DNA of 28,999 nucleotides from a virus (lineage: Duplodnaviria > Caudoviricetes), in the IMG/VR virus record IMGVR_UViG_3300034410_000187, positions 1 to 28,999 of that record; one strand, written 5' to 3'. The position numbers were made by a program, and so were the translations under genes. Below, one piece after another: positions 9,142-18,665 of this stretch (positions are counted from its first letter, which is position 1; each line of letters starts with the position of its first letter). A model generated the notes under the pieces. The model was given only the letters and a program-made list of their open reading frames with translations, was not told the DNA's origin and did no database searches.

Positions 9142-12100
9142 ATGCCAGAATTGATTCACACGTTTCTCAAGGGTAAAATGAATAAAGACCTTGATGAGCG
9201 TTTAGTTCCAAATGGCGAGTATAGGGATGCGTTAAACCTAGAGGTAGCTACATCCGAAGGCTCAGACGTTGGTGCATTACAGACATTAGTTGGTAATGTT
9301 CAAATGGTCAATCGTACTTTAAACGATATAACTACGCTGCATACTACATGGGCGGCCTCTGGGTTGACTTATATACCTGCGGATGCTAAATGCATAGGTA
9401 CTGTAAAAGATGCAACCACAGAAAAAATATATTGGTTTATTACATCGCAAAGCGTGGATGCTATTGTTGAATACGACCAAGTAAGAGATGTTGTTTTTCC
9501 TATTTTAGTAGACAAAACCGGTATACTTGGATTTAATCAAAACTTTTTAATTACAGGTGTAAACATACTTGAAGGTTTTTTATTTTTTACAGACAACCAA
9601 ACTGAGCCTAAAAAAATTGAAATAAAAAAATTTAAAGAGGGTTCATCTGATTTTGCTACACACACTCAAATATTCGGCAGAAACTTTATAGAAGCTGATA
9701 TTACTGTTATAAAAAAATCGCCTCTTTTACGACCAACTGTATATAAAAAGAATACTGTTAGAGACGGTGAGATAGAAACAACTACTACGTTTGAGTTTAA
9801 CACACTGTCTACTGACCCAGAAGATGATCCTGATGAAACAATCTCGATGGACTTCGGTACTGTTATAACTTTAAACTGGACAAACGCAGTAGACTATATA
9901 GCAGGCGACTTTTTATTATTAACAATACAAGACCCTGATGACAATTTTCAAAGAGAATTTCAGGCACGAGTAAAAGTTACACAAGTTGTTTCAGAAGCAC
10001 AAGCCATATGTGAATTACAAAGCGTAGGTGAAGATTTACCTACTGGACCACAGGGGTTCGATGTACTACTGGAGCGAGACGATCCTTTGTTTGAATTTAA
10101 ATTTCCTCGCTTCGCATATCGTTACAAGTACGATGATAACCAATTTTCTACATTTTCTCCTTTTACAGAGATAGCGTTTACACCAGGCGATAAGTTTGAG
10201 TATACAGGCGTTGATGGCTATAACTTAGCTATGACGAATAATATACGAGTCTTGGAGGTAAGAGATTTTATTACGCCTAATATTCCTGATGATGTAATAG
10301 CCGTAGATATACTTTATAAAGAATCAAATAGCACGAATGTATATCGTGTTGATACAATTGAAAAATATGCTCCAAATTTACCTGGTCAATCATATAATCA
10401 ATGGAATGATACAAGCTATCAGGAAGGTGGTGCCACTGGTTATAGTGGTAGAATTAAAATAGAGACAGAGCTTATATCGTCTTTATTGCCGTCTAACCAA
10501 TTGCTAAGACCTTATGATAACGTTCCTAAAAAAGCGTTGGCTCAAGAAATTACTGGGAATAGAATTATATACGGCAACTACACGCAAAACTTTGATATGG
10601 TTGACTTTGCTGACGGTGAGGTTATACCAAACTTTGAGTTTAGTATTGTGCATGATCCTACGAAAAATGAAGATATTATTGAAGACCCAGATAATCCGGG
10701 GCAATTTATAAATATATCATCGGATCCCGACGGGTCTACACCGGTACCATCTTTAAAGTCTATGCGCACCTACCAAATGGGTATTGTGTATTTAGATGAA
10801 TACGGTCGCCAAACACCCGTATTTACGAATGATTCAGGTAGTAGATCATTAGCAAAAGAATTTGCAGACCTATACAATACTATAGAGATAGGCATGCTTT
10901 CAAACCCACCAAAGTGGGCAACACATTACAAGTTCTATATAAAAGAAACATCTAACGAGTATTATAACTTAGCATTAGATAGATTTTATTTACCAGAAGA
11001 TGGTAGTGTATGGCTGTCTTTTCCATCTGCCGACAGGAATAAAGTTGATGAAGAAACGTTTTTAGAGCTTAAAAAAGAGCATGATAATAATTCGTTTATT
11101 GAAGAAACCGCTAGATATAAGATATTAGCTATATCAAATGAGGCGCCAGATGCTGTTAAGATAAGAAGACATCAAGCAGGTAGACAAACAACTGAGTTTA
11201 CAGGCTCAGGATACCCGCAGGTTAATAAAGGGTTTTTTGAAATACCTAAGGACGATTTTGATGGTACCGACGACGACGGCGGCGGTCTTAACGGTTTAAA
11301 TACAGAAAATAATTTATCTTGTAGAATAATTTCAGGGTCTAATATATCTGATTATTTTGAAATAGAATGGATTAAAAAACAAGGACCTTTATACAGGGTT
11401 CAACTTAGGTTTCCCACTGATGATAGTTTAGAGTTTATACCAGAGGGGCAAACGGGCGTGCCTTTAGATATAGCAATATATCAATCCAGATCTGAAAATA
11501 AACCTGAATATCAAGGTAGATTTTTTGTAAAAATATATAAAGACAATGCCCTAGAGCAACGTATAATTAAAAAAGCTCAAGACGCTGAGCTAACTATAGA
11601 ATACCAAAAAGAAGTAGCTTATATACAAAAAAGCGGTGATAGTAGTTTTTGGAGAGACACAGCGCCAGACAATAGTAAAGGGTGGTTTTGGGATAAATCA
11701 TCCCCATTAAATGTTAGAAGAAGAGCAGGTTCCGATGTTAAATATCAGCGTGGTAATCAAGACGAACGACAATATGGTGGTTTAGGTATAGACGCTGGAT
11801 CTAGAAATTTAACTATATCATTTCACGGGTTTGGTAATCCATGGAAACAATCTAAAGCTTTTTATAATAGAACAGGTATTTGGTGGAATTGGCCGACTAA
11901 TCAACCAAGTTCGGCGCATCATATAGGTTTTGCTAAAGCGTTAGATACAGCGGGTAGTATATTTAGAATTACAGACGACCCAGACAAAGAATTAGATTCT
12001 CACACGTACAATATAACAATGAGTTACCGCTCGGCCTACTGTGTTGCAAGTAGAAGGACTGGCAGACATGGGTCTGGTAAGTATGGTAGCCGAAGAGTTG

Positions 12101-14853
12101 TTAGATGGAATATAAAAATAGATAAACCTATAGCCACGTCTGCGGGTTTACCACCTATTAATACTGGACAAGCAAACCCAACAAGAACAGGTGTAGAATT
12201 TTTAAGACTATATGCGGTAGATGCGGATACATACACGTCTAATGATCCTGCTATATTTGAAACATATCCAAAGGAAGCTGTTGATTTAGACTTATATTAT
12301 TCAGCTAGCGATATATATGAAATACAAAATGCAGGTACCACTATGGCTGCCCACCAGCCATTACAAAAACTAGATTGGTTTAATTGCTATTCTTTTGGAC
12401 AAGGTGTAGAATCTGATCGTATACGTGATGATTTTAATGCAACTCGTATAGATAAAGGCCCTGTTGTTTCCACTGTTTTAGACGAAGCATACGGCGAAGA
12501 AGTAAAAGCCACAGGTTTAATATTTTCACAAATATTTAATTCCACTTCTGGTATTAATAGGTTAAACCAGTTTATAGCCGCAGAGCCAATAACAAAAGAT
12601 TTAAACCCGTATTATACAAGTGTTCAAAAGTTACATTCAAGAGATACCGATTTAATTGCTTTTTGTGAGGACAAAGTTCTTAAGATATTAGCAAATAAAG
12701 ATGCCCTCTTTAATGCAGACGGGAGCTCAAACGTTGTTGGTAATACCGCTGTGCTAGGCCAATCAATACCTTTTCTTGGCGAATATGGTATATCTAAAAA
12801 TCCAGAAAGCTTTGCTACTTATGGTTTTAGGGCATACTTTACCGATAAGAACAGAGGAGTCGTCTTAAGATTATCACGTAATGGGTTAGAAGAAATATCA
12901 GCCGCTAATATGCGTGACTTTTTCGCAGACAATCTACACTCTTCAAACGTGTTATTAGGCTCATACGACGACGATAAGGACGTTTATAACCTTACACTTA
13001 ATAATCTTACAGATGAATGGAAAGATAAGCTTAAACTTAATTATTTTAATCCGTCATTAACTCAAAATGGAACCACTGTTTCTTTTAAAGAGGACGTTAA
13101 AGGTTGGACTTCTCGTAAAGATTTTATACCCGAAGGGGCTATATCTTTAAATAACAAATATTACAGTATTAAAAGTGGTAAGATTTGGGAGCATGGAGCA
13201 GCGAGTGCTACAAGAAATAATTTTTATGGCGTTCAATATGATAGCGCGGTTAGATTCCTAATAAATGATCAACCGAACATTGTTAAAAAATACAAAACAT
13301 TAAATTATTCTGGAACAGAATCCAGAGAATACAGGTATCAAGTTGAAGGAAAGCCAGAAGAGCAAACCTTTAATTTGGCTGAATTGCAAGCTAATCCAAA
13401 TTATAATCCAATAAATGAGGTATTTACACCTGGTTGGTACACTAGTTTAATACAAACGAATCTTCAGGAGGGAAGTATTAAAGAGTTTTTAGATAAGGAA
13501 GGTAAATACTTTAATTACATAAAAGGCATTGGCACACAATTTAGCACTAATTTAAATAACAATTTAGATGCTGCAGAGTTTTCAATGCAAGGTATCGGGC
13601 GTGCAGAAATATCAGGGGATACTCAAAGTTCATTTATTTTACATGTTGAAGTTGACCCGTCTTGCTTTGTAGCGAGGGTTGCACCTTATGTTATGAACGG
13701 AAGTTTAACTTCCATAGAGGATTGCACAACCTGCCCGACAATTGATCTTGCTAATTTAACTACAGACAATAATATACCAGCTGGAGTTATTACATACAAC
13801 ATTACAGCAGATAACACAAATGACGGCACATTAACTGTGAATGGTAGCGTTGTTACCTTCACTCCAAATGCAAACTTTAACGGTGATGCTGGAGCATTTA
13901 ACTTTACAGCAACCGACACCTTTAATGGATCACAGCTTGTAAGTAATGTTGGTACAGTTACAATTACGGTTGATCCAGTTGCAGATATTCCTTATTTTAC
14001 GACAACTCCACCTACTACGGCATATGCTATAGGCGATACGTACATTTACAACGTTGGGGTAGCTGACGCGGATCACACTGGTGCAGAGTTAACTATAACT
14101 TCAAGTAATATACCAAGCTGGCTGACACTAACTGACAACGGAGACGGAACCGCTGTTGTGACTGGTACAGTCCCAGATGCTCAACCATACTCTTTTGATT
14201 TAGTTGTAAGCGATCCAGATAATCCGCCAAATACAGCTACGCAAAATGTTACTGTAGAAGGTTTGGCTAATTTGCTAACTAATTTAGATATAGTGGGTAG
14301 GTATGTTTCTACTAACGAACCTCAAGGGGTCTGGGTTGATCCTAGCACTGGAGTTCAGACAACTGTATGTGGATCTCCAGCGTCGGGTGGTCATAGTTGC
14401 AGCAGAGGTACATTCAATATATTTGCAGCAGCAGATTCCGGCAGTGCTATAGAAATTGGTAGAGTTCATATTTCTAACACTGGTGGTGGCGGAACAAACT
14501 ATGTTGATAGTGATGGTAATCCAACTCCTGATTTAGGTACACCAAGTGGAAATGAAAAATATTATACGCCACAAGGAACGGTTAGAAGTACAGGCGATAG
14601 ATATAGTGCTTTCCAAATAAGTCAAGCAGACGCTCAAACATTAGCGCAAAACTCAAGCAATGGTCAGATCACATTCTTTATGGAATGCGGCACATTCAAT
14701 GCTGGTACTACAACTGCTAATTGCCACAGTACCGCGCTTTGGTTTAATGTATTTGATGGTAATGCTCAGCAAATACTTTGCACAGCGTTTACAACCGGAA
14801 CTTTAATAACAATTGACATATATACAGGTCAACCCGTAAATCCAATACCATAA
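9142..14853 (+). CDS. Tail nozzle/stabilisation protein (P22 gp10/crAss muzzle-like) with C-terminal Ig/cadherin-like domains (1903 aa)
   Basis: N-terminal KGKMNKDLDERLVP.GEYRDALN, RFAYRYKY, GEYGISKNPESFA and EGKYFNYIKG motifs. After about nt 13680 come Thr/Asn-rich beta repeats (TFTPNANFNG, PSWLTLTDNGDGTA). Confidence 0.8.
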   Translation: MPELIHTFLKGKMNKDLDERLVPNGEYRDALNLEVATSEGSDVGALQTLVGNVQMVNRTLNDITTLHTTWAASGLTYIPADAKCIGTVKDATTEKIYWFITSQSVDAIVEYDQVRDVVFPILVDKTGILGFNQNFLITGVNILEGFLFFTDNQTEPKKIEIKKFKEGSSDFATHTQIFGRNFIEADITVIKKSPLLRPTVYKKNTVRDGEIETTTTFEFNTLSTDPEDDPDETISMDFGTVITLNWTNAVDYIAGDFLLLTIQDPDDNFQREFQARVKVTQVVSEAQAICELQSVGEDLPTGPQGFDVLLERDDPLFEFKFPRFAYRYKYDDNQFSTFSPFTEIAFTPGDKFEYTGVDGYNLAMTNNIRVLEVRDFITPNIPDDVIAVDILYKESNSTNVYRVDTIEKYAPNLPGQSYNQWNDTSYQEGGATGYSGRIKIETELISSLLPSNQLLRPYDNVPKKALAQEITGNRIIYGNYTQNFDMVDFADGEVIPNFEFSIVHDPTKNEDIIEDPDNPGQFINISSDPDGSTPVPSLKSMRTYQMGIVYLDEYGRQTPVFTNDSGSRSLAKEFADLYNTIEIGMLSNPPKWATHYKFYIKETSNEYYNLALDRFYLPEDGSVWLSFPSADRNKVDEETFLELKKEHDNNSFIEETARYKILAISNEAPDAVKIRRHQAGRQTTEFTGSGYPQVNKGFFEIPKDDFDGTDDDGGGLNGLNTENNLSCRIISGSNISDYFEIEWIKKQGPLYRVQLRFPTDDSLEFIPEGQTGVPLDIAIYQSRSENKPEYQGRFFVKIYKDNALEQRIIKKAQDAELTIEYQKEVAYIQKSGDSSFWRDTAPDNSKGWFWDKSSPLNVRRRAGSDVKYQRGNQDERQYGGLGIDAGSRNLTISFHGFGNPWKQSKAFYNRTGIWWNWPTNQPSSAHHIGFAKALDTAGSIFRITDDPDKELDSHTYNITMSYRSAYCVASRRTGRHGSGKYGSRRVVRWNIKIDKPIATSAGLPPINTGQANPTRTGVEFLRLYAVDADTYTSNDPAIFETYPKEAVDLDLYYSASDIYEIQNAGTTMAAHQPLQKLDWFNCYSFGQGVESDRIRDDFNATRIDKGPVVSTVLDEAYGEEVKATGLIFSQIFNSTSGINRLNQFIAAEPITKDLNPYYTSVQKLHSRDTDLIAFCEDKVLKILANKDALFNADGSSNVVGNTAVLGQSIPFLGEYGISKNPESFATYGFRAYFTDKNRGVVLRLSRNGLEEISAANMRDFFADNLHSSNVLLGSYDDDKDVYNLTLNNLTDEWKDKLKLNYFNPSLTQNGTTVSFKEDVKGWTSRKDFIPEGAISLNNKYYSIKSGKIWEHGAASATRNNFYGVQYDSAVRFLINDQPNIVKKYKTLNYSGTESREYRYQVEGKPEEQTFNLAELQANPNYNPINEVFTPGWYTSLIQTNLQEGSIKEFLDKEGKYFNYIKGIGTQFSTNLNNNLDAAEFSMQGIGRAEISGDTQSSFILHVEVDPSCFVARVAPYVMNGSLTSIEDCTTCPTIDLANLTTDNNIPAGVITYNITADNTNDGTLTVNGSVVTFTPNANFNGDAGAFNFTATDTFNGSQLVSNVGTVTITVDPVADIPYFTTTPPTTAYAIGDTYIYNVGVADADHTGAELTITSSNIPSWLTLTDNGDGTAVVTGTVPDAQPYSFDLVVSDPDNPPNTATQNVTVEGLANLLTNLDIVGRYVSTNEPQGVWVDPSTGVQTTVCGSPASGGHSCSRGTFNIFAAADSGSAIEIGRVHISNTGGGGTNYVDSDGNPTPDLGTPSGNEKYYTPQGTVRSTGDRYSAFQISQADAQTLAQNSSNGQITFFMECGTFNAGTTTANCHSTALWFNVFDGNAQQILCTAFTTGTLITIDIYTGQPVNPIP

Positions 14854-16376
14854 TGAGTAATATAGTAGCAATAGATAATTTTACGGTAACATCAGAAGAA
14901 TTTGTAATACCAGGCGGAGGTTTGATAAGCAGTGTTGCTCCTCAAGCTGTATTGACAATAACACCGAACCAAGGCTATGAAATTGAAGCAAGCAATTTTA
15001 CAGTTGTTTCATCAAACCCAGAAGTTGATGTGCCTAGTTCTTATTTTACACAAGACGGTGAAAACGTTACACTGACAGTTGTTTTTGTATCGACAGCAAC
15101 TATGCCTAATAATAATCTTGATATAAAGATATGTATGCGCGGAGCTGCTCAAGAGCTTGGTGTAACTATCGCGGGCACCGTATTTTATGATACGGCAAAC
15201 GCCACACCATTACCGCAAAGCTTACCTTATACAAATTCAGGGCCAGCGGAAAGTACGGAAGAAATATTATCGCAGCTTGTACAAGCCGATGCGGGTTATT
15301 ATTTTCAGTCTACGCCAACTATATCTCTTAGGACTGGCGATCCCACTGACTACAATTTATATACTACAGCATCTGTATTTGACAATAATAATAGGTTAAC
15401 TGCAATAAGAGTAAACGCTGATTACACTTACCCTTTTGTAAATCACAGTGGAGATGAAATAGATGTATACGCTCACGCTATTGAAATACCTGTTATTTTA
15501 GAATATGTAACTGGGTATTCAATAAACACAACGGTTCCGGCTACGCAAACGGTTAGGGATTTAGCTATAACAGGCGTTCAAGGAGCGGACTATTCTTTAA
15601 CAATAGATAACGGCGCTACTTTTTCTAACGGTACAAATGCTATTACAGGTGTATTACCGGCTGGCCAAGAGCTTGTGCCTATAACATTTCCAGCGGTAAC
15701 ATCGACTCAAACACATAATTTAACATTTGTTGTCCCTGGAACAGATTTAAGCCCTGATTTTAACCAGCCTAATCCAATAGTTTTTACAAGAAGAGTCGTT
15801 ACTTCTATTCAATTAAGTGGGGCAATAACATCGGGCGACACCGATATTTCAGTTACTAATCCTACGCCATTGCCTTTGGATGCTAGTTATAACTTTACGC
15901 AAAGTGGTAGCTTAGAGCATGATATTACTATTTCACCTGTTGGTGGTTTCACTATATCATGGACAGATACTAATGCTTTAGTTGATTCTGATTTTACAAA
16001 AACAGAAGCCGATGGCAATTTTACAATAACCCAAGGAGCAAAGCTACTAAATGCGGGAAGTTCCGATTTAACGCTTAGGGTTGATATTACTTCGCCAACT
16101 ACAGGTGTACAAAATATGAGCTATTTGCTTACGGATAATATCGATACTTACATAACTAAAACGTACATATGCGCTACATTTGATTTTGACAACACTCAAG
16201 GGACTGTAGATTCTGTGTATGAATATGCTGATTGCGACACTGGTGTAATTACACAAGATACAGTGTCTGCGGGAAATAGTATTATAGGGCAATGCGCTAG
16301 AGCAGTGCCGGTGCCTTCATTAGTATCAGGCGATGGAAATCCGCCCGCTCTTAACCCAACAATACAATGCCCATAA
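14853..16376 (+). CDS. Tail-associated beta-sandwich repeat protein, possible fibre/adhesin (507 aa)
   Basis: TAATG coupling to the upstream gene. Thr/Val/Ser-rich, with repeated motif variants LTITPNQGY and LVQADAGYYF and a Cys-containing C-terminal module (YEYADCDTG...QCAR). Confidence 0.6.
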   Translation: MSNIVAIDNFTVTSEEFVIPGGGLISSVAPQAVLTITPNQGYEIEASNFTVVSSNPEVDVPSSYFTQDGENVTLTVVFVSTATMPNNNLDIKICMRGAAQELGVTIAGTVFYDTANATPLPQSLPYTNSGPAESTEEILSQLVQADAGYYFQSTPTISLRTGDPTDYNLYTTASVFDNNNRLTAIRVNADYTYPFVNHSGDEIDVYAHAIEIPVILEYVTGYSINTTVPATQTVRDLAITGVQGADYSLTIDNGATFSNGTNAITGVLPAGQELVPITFPAVTSTQTHNLTFVVPGTDLSPDFNQPNPIVFTRRVVTSIQLSGAITSGDTDISVTNPTPLPLDASYNFTQSGSLEHDITISPVGGFTISWTDTNALVDSDFTKTEADGNFTITQGAKLLNAGSSDLTLRVDITSPTTGVQNMSYLLTDNIDTYITKTYICATFDFDNTQGTVDSVYEYADCDTGVITQDTVSAGNSIIGQCARAVPVPSLVSGDGNPPALNPTIQCP

Positions 16377-16377
16377 T

Positions 16378-16710
16378 ATGGATCAAATAACATTAACATT
16401 TAGCAGCCCCATACAAGTATCTGTACAAATTGGAGATATACTATATTACACAAACGATCCAATGGGTGCAACTGTTGTAAAAATAGGAGATGTGGCATCA
16501 ATAAACTATGGAACAAACACAATTGTGTGTAACATAGCTCCACAAACAGTCAGACCAACGTCTGCATCGTTTATATTATTTACTAAAGATAATAAAGTTA
16601 ACACAAGCGGTATATTAGGATATTTTGCAGAAGCTGAACTTAGAAACGATTCATTAAACAAATCAGAGTTATTTTCCGTAGGCTCAGAGATATTTGAGAG
16701 CAGTAAATAA
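16378..16710 (+). CDS. Small tail protein (110 aa) resembling the C-terminal segment of nozzle proteins
   Basis: The start is more likely the ATG at 16378 (TAA-T-ATG after the upstream stop) than 16333. It ends GILGYFAEAELRND...ELFSVGSEIFESSK. Confidence 0.6.
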   Translation: MDQITLTFSSPIQVSVQIGDILYYTNDPMGATVVKIGDVASINYGTNTIVCNIAPQTVRPTSASFILFTKDNKVNTSGILGYFAEAELRNDSLNKSELFSVGSEIFESSK

Positions 16711-16742
16711 CACGTAATAATAAATTATAAAACAATAAAATT

Positions 16743-17372
16743 ATGATACCAGTAGGAGCAGCGATGGGCGCTATAAAGGGCCTAACCGGAATAGCGGGTG
16801 GTATTATAGGTAGTGGAAAAAGAAAAAGAGAAGAAGCAGCGGCTCAAGAAGAGTACGATATGTTCAAAACTCAATATGCTGAACTTGACACATCTAACCT
16901 ATACGCTAACTTAGAAAATACTATGGAAGACTTAACTGTCGACCAAAGAGCAGCGGAGTTCCAATTGCAGGCACAGCAACAAGGGCAAGCTAACATTATG
17001 CAGAATCTTCAAGGGGCAGCTGGTGGTAGTGGTATTGCAGCGTTGGCGCAATCAATGGCTAATCAACAAACGCAAGGTGCAGCTCAAGCGGCAGCGAGCA
17101 TAGGGCAACAAGAAAGAGCCAACCAAATGGCCAGAGCGCAAATGGCTGGATCATTACAAATGGCTGAAGCTGGTGGAGCTGAAACAGCTAGAGGATTAGA
17201 ATATAAGAAAACAGGTACTCAATTAGGTATGGCTCAACAAAGATTAGGCGCTGCAAAACAAGCAAGGGCGGCAGCTACACAATCTATAATGGGTGGTGTA
17301 GGTGGCTTACTCGGGGCTGGTGTAGAAGCTGGAGCCGCTCCAGGCGGATTTCTAGAGAAAATTGTAGGCTGA
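16743..17372 (+). CDS. Probable internal virion/ejection protein (209 aa)
   Basis: Gly/Ala-rich hydrophobic ends flank a Gln/Ala-rich helical core. It follows the tail genes, as podoviral ejection proteins do. Confidence 0.65.
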   Translation: MIPVGAAMGAIKGLTGIAGGIIGSGKRKREEAAAQEEYDMFKTQYAELDTSNLYANLENTMEDLTVDQRAAEFQLQAQQQGQANIMQNLQGAAGGSGIAALAQSMANQQTQGAAQAAASIGQQERANQMARAQMAGSLQMAEAGGAETARGLEYKKTGTQLGMAQQRLGAAKQARAAATQSIMGGVGGLLGAGVEAGAAPGGFLEKIVG

Positions 17373-17385
17373 TAAATAAAATATT

Positions 17386-18651
17386 ATGGCAAAAAAACAA
17401 GGTATTAGTTATTCCGCAGATGCAGGTTTGATACGGGGCGAAGGGGCCATGCGGCAAGCAGGCGGTTTCGTTGACGCTGCTAAAGCTATAGGCGCTGGAC
17501 TCGATAGAGCTTCTAACCAGATGGCTAAAGCAATGGCTAATCGCGAAAGAAAGGTAGCGGCGATAGACGCTAAAGTAGCTAACTCTATTAGGGCAATGAA
17601 AGGCAATGTTGACGTTACTGGGCTTTCCGCAGCAGACCAAAAAGCTGTTAACACTTTTTTAATAGAGCAGAAAGACATATATGCGCAAGCAGCAAACCTT
17701 GCGGCAACATTAAAGCCAGGGACCCCAGAGTATACCGCGCAAGTTGATATTATGAACAATGTTAATAATGGCTTTGTAACCTTAAAAGAAAACCTAGACT
17801 CTTATGAGTTGGGGCAAACACAATATACGGATAGCTCTCAGGATTTTTCAAAAGGGAACAATATAGGTGACGCAGAATTTAAGTCAAATGTGTTTCTCGG
17901 TAAAACACCATTTAAAGTTGGTGGTGGTGGTAATTTACTTTTTTCAAGCCCCAAGGGGGAGGTTGATTTTAAAGATATTAACATGCCATTTAAGAAAAAC
18001 TACGAGGCAGCTTTAGAGCTAGACAACATGTATAAAGCCGTTTACTCGTCCGGAGGTTTTGATGAATCTCAAAGAAACTCCTTTGAAACTAAGTTAAGGG
18101 CAATGGCAGCGTCAAACCCTGATGCTTTTAAATCCGTCGTAGCAGATGGTTTAAATTCTTATGCGAATTACAGCAATATAAGCCCTGATATGATTGATGA
18201 TCCTGCGCAACAAGATAAGTTTATAGAAACATTTATACAAGATACTTTAAATGGAGCTCAAAAGGCCGCTGCAGCTGGTAAAGCTAAAAAAAATGATGAA
18301 GAAGGAAATAACAAGGGTGCAAGAACTCCGACTCCATCAGCGATAGTAAGGGGAGAGGAAATATTTATTAATGGTAAAAGCATGGGGGTATACGACTATG
18401 GTTATGGTTATGACGCTAACGGTAACTCAGTAAAATATTACAGAAAGCCCCACGGCGACTCTAAGTGGAGCACAACCCTAGGACCTGTTCCTGACTCTAC
18501 AACAACTCCACCTACTGAAGAGGCGCCTACTACTAAGGAATATCCAGAATGGGTTGAAGACAAAAATTTATATGATGATCTTAAAGCTAAATACCCAGTA
18601 GTAGACGAGGCCATGTACGCCTATAAGCTAGAAGAAAAGAATAAACAATAA
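17386..18651 (+). CDS. Probable internal virion/ejection protein (421 aa)
   Basis: Ala-rich helical N-terminus and a Pro/Thr linker near the C-terminus. It sits between the small and giant cargo genes. Confidence 0.55.
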   Translation: MAKKQGISYSADAGLIRGEGAMRQAGGFVDAAKAIGAGLDRASNQMAKAMANRERKVAAIDAKVANSIRAMKGNVDVTGLSAADQKAVNTFLIEQKDIYAQAANLAATLKPGTPEYTAQVDIMNNVNNGFVTLKENLDSYELGQTQYTDSSQDFSKGNNIGDAEFKSNVFLGKTPFKVGGGGNLLFSSPKGEVDFKDINMPFKKNYEAALELDNMYKAVYSSGGFDESQRNSFETKLRAMAASNPDAFKSVVADGLNSYANYSNISPDMIDDPAQQDKFIETFIQDTLNGAQKAAAAGKAKKNDEEGNNKGARTPTPSAIVRGEEIFINGKSMGVYDYGYGYDANGNSVKYYRKPHGDSKWSTTLGPVPDSTTTPPTEEAPTTKEYPEWVEDKNLYDDLKAKYPVVDEAMYAYKLEEKNKQ

Positions 18652-18665
18652 TATAATAAAATAAT

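Noticed and set aside
16333-16377. Upstream ATG or frameshift fusion between the 507-aa and 110-aa tail genes (both upstream tail genes end CCA TAA)
   Set aside because: The coupled ATG at 16378 explains expression. The two junctions would need different shift directions and no stimulatory element is evident.
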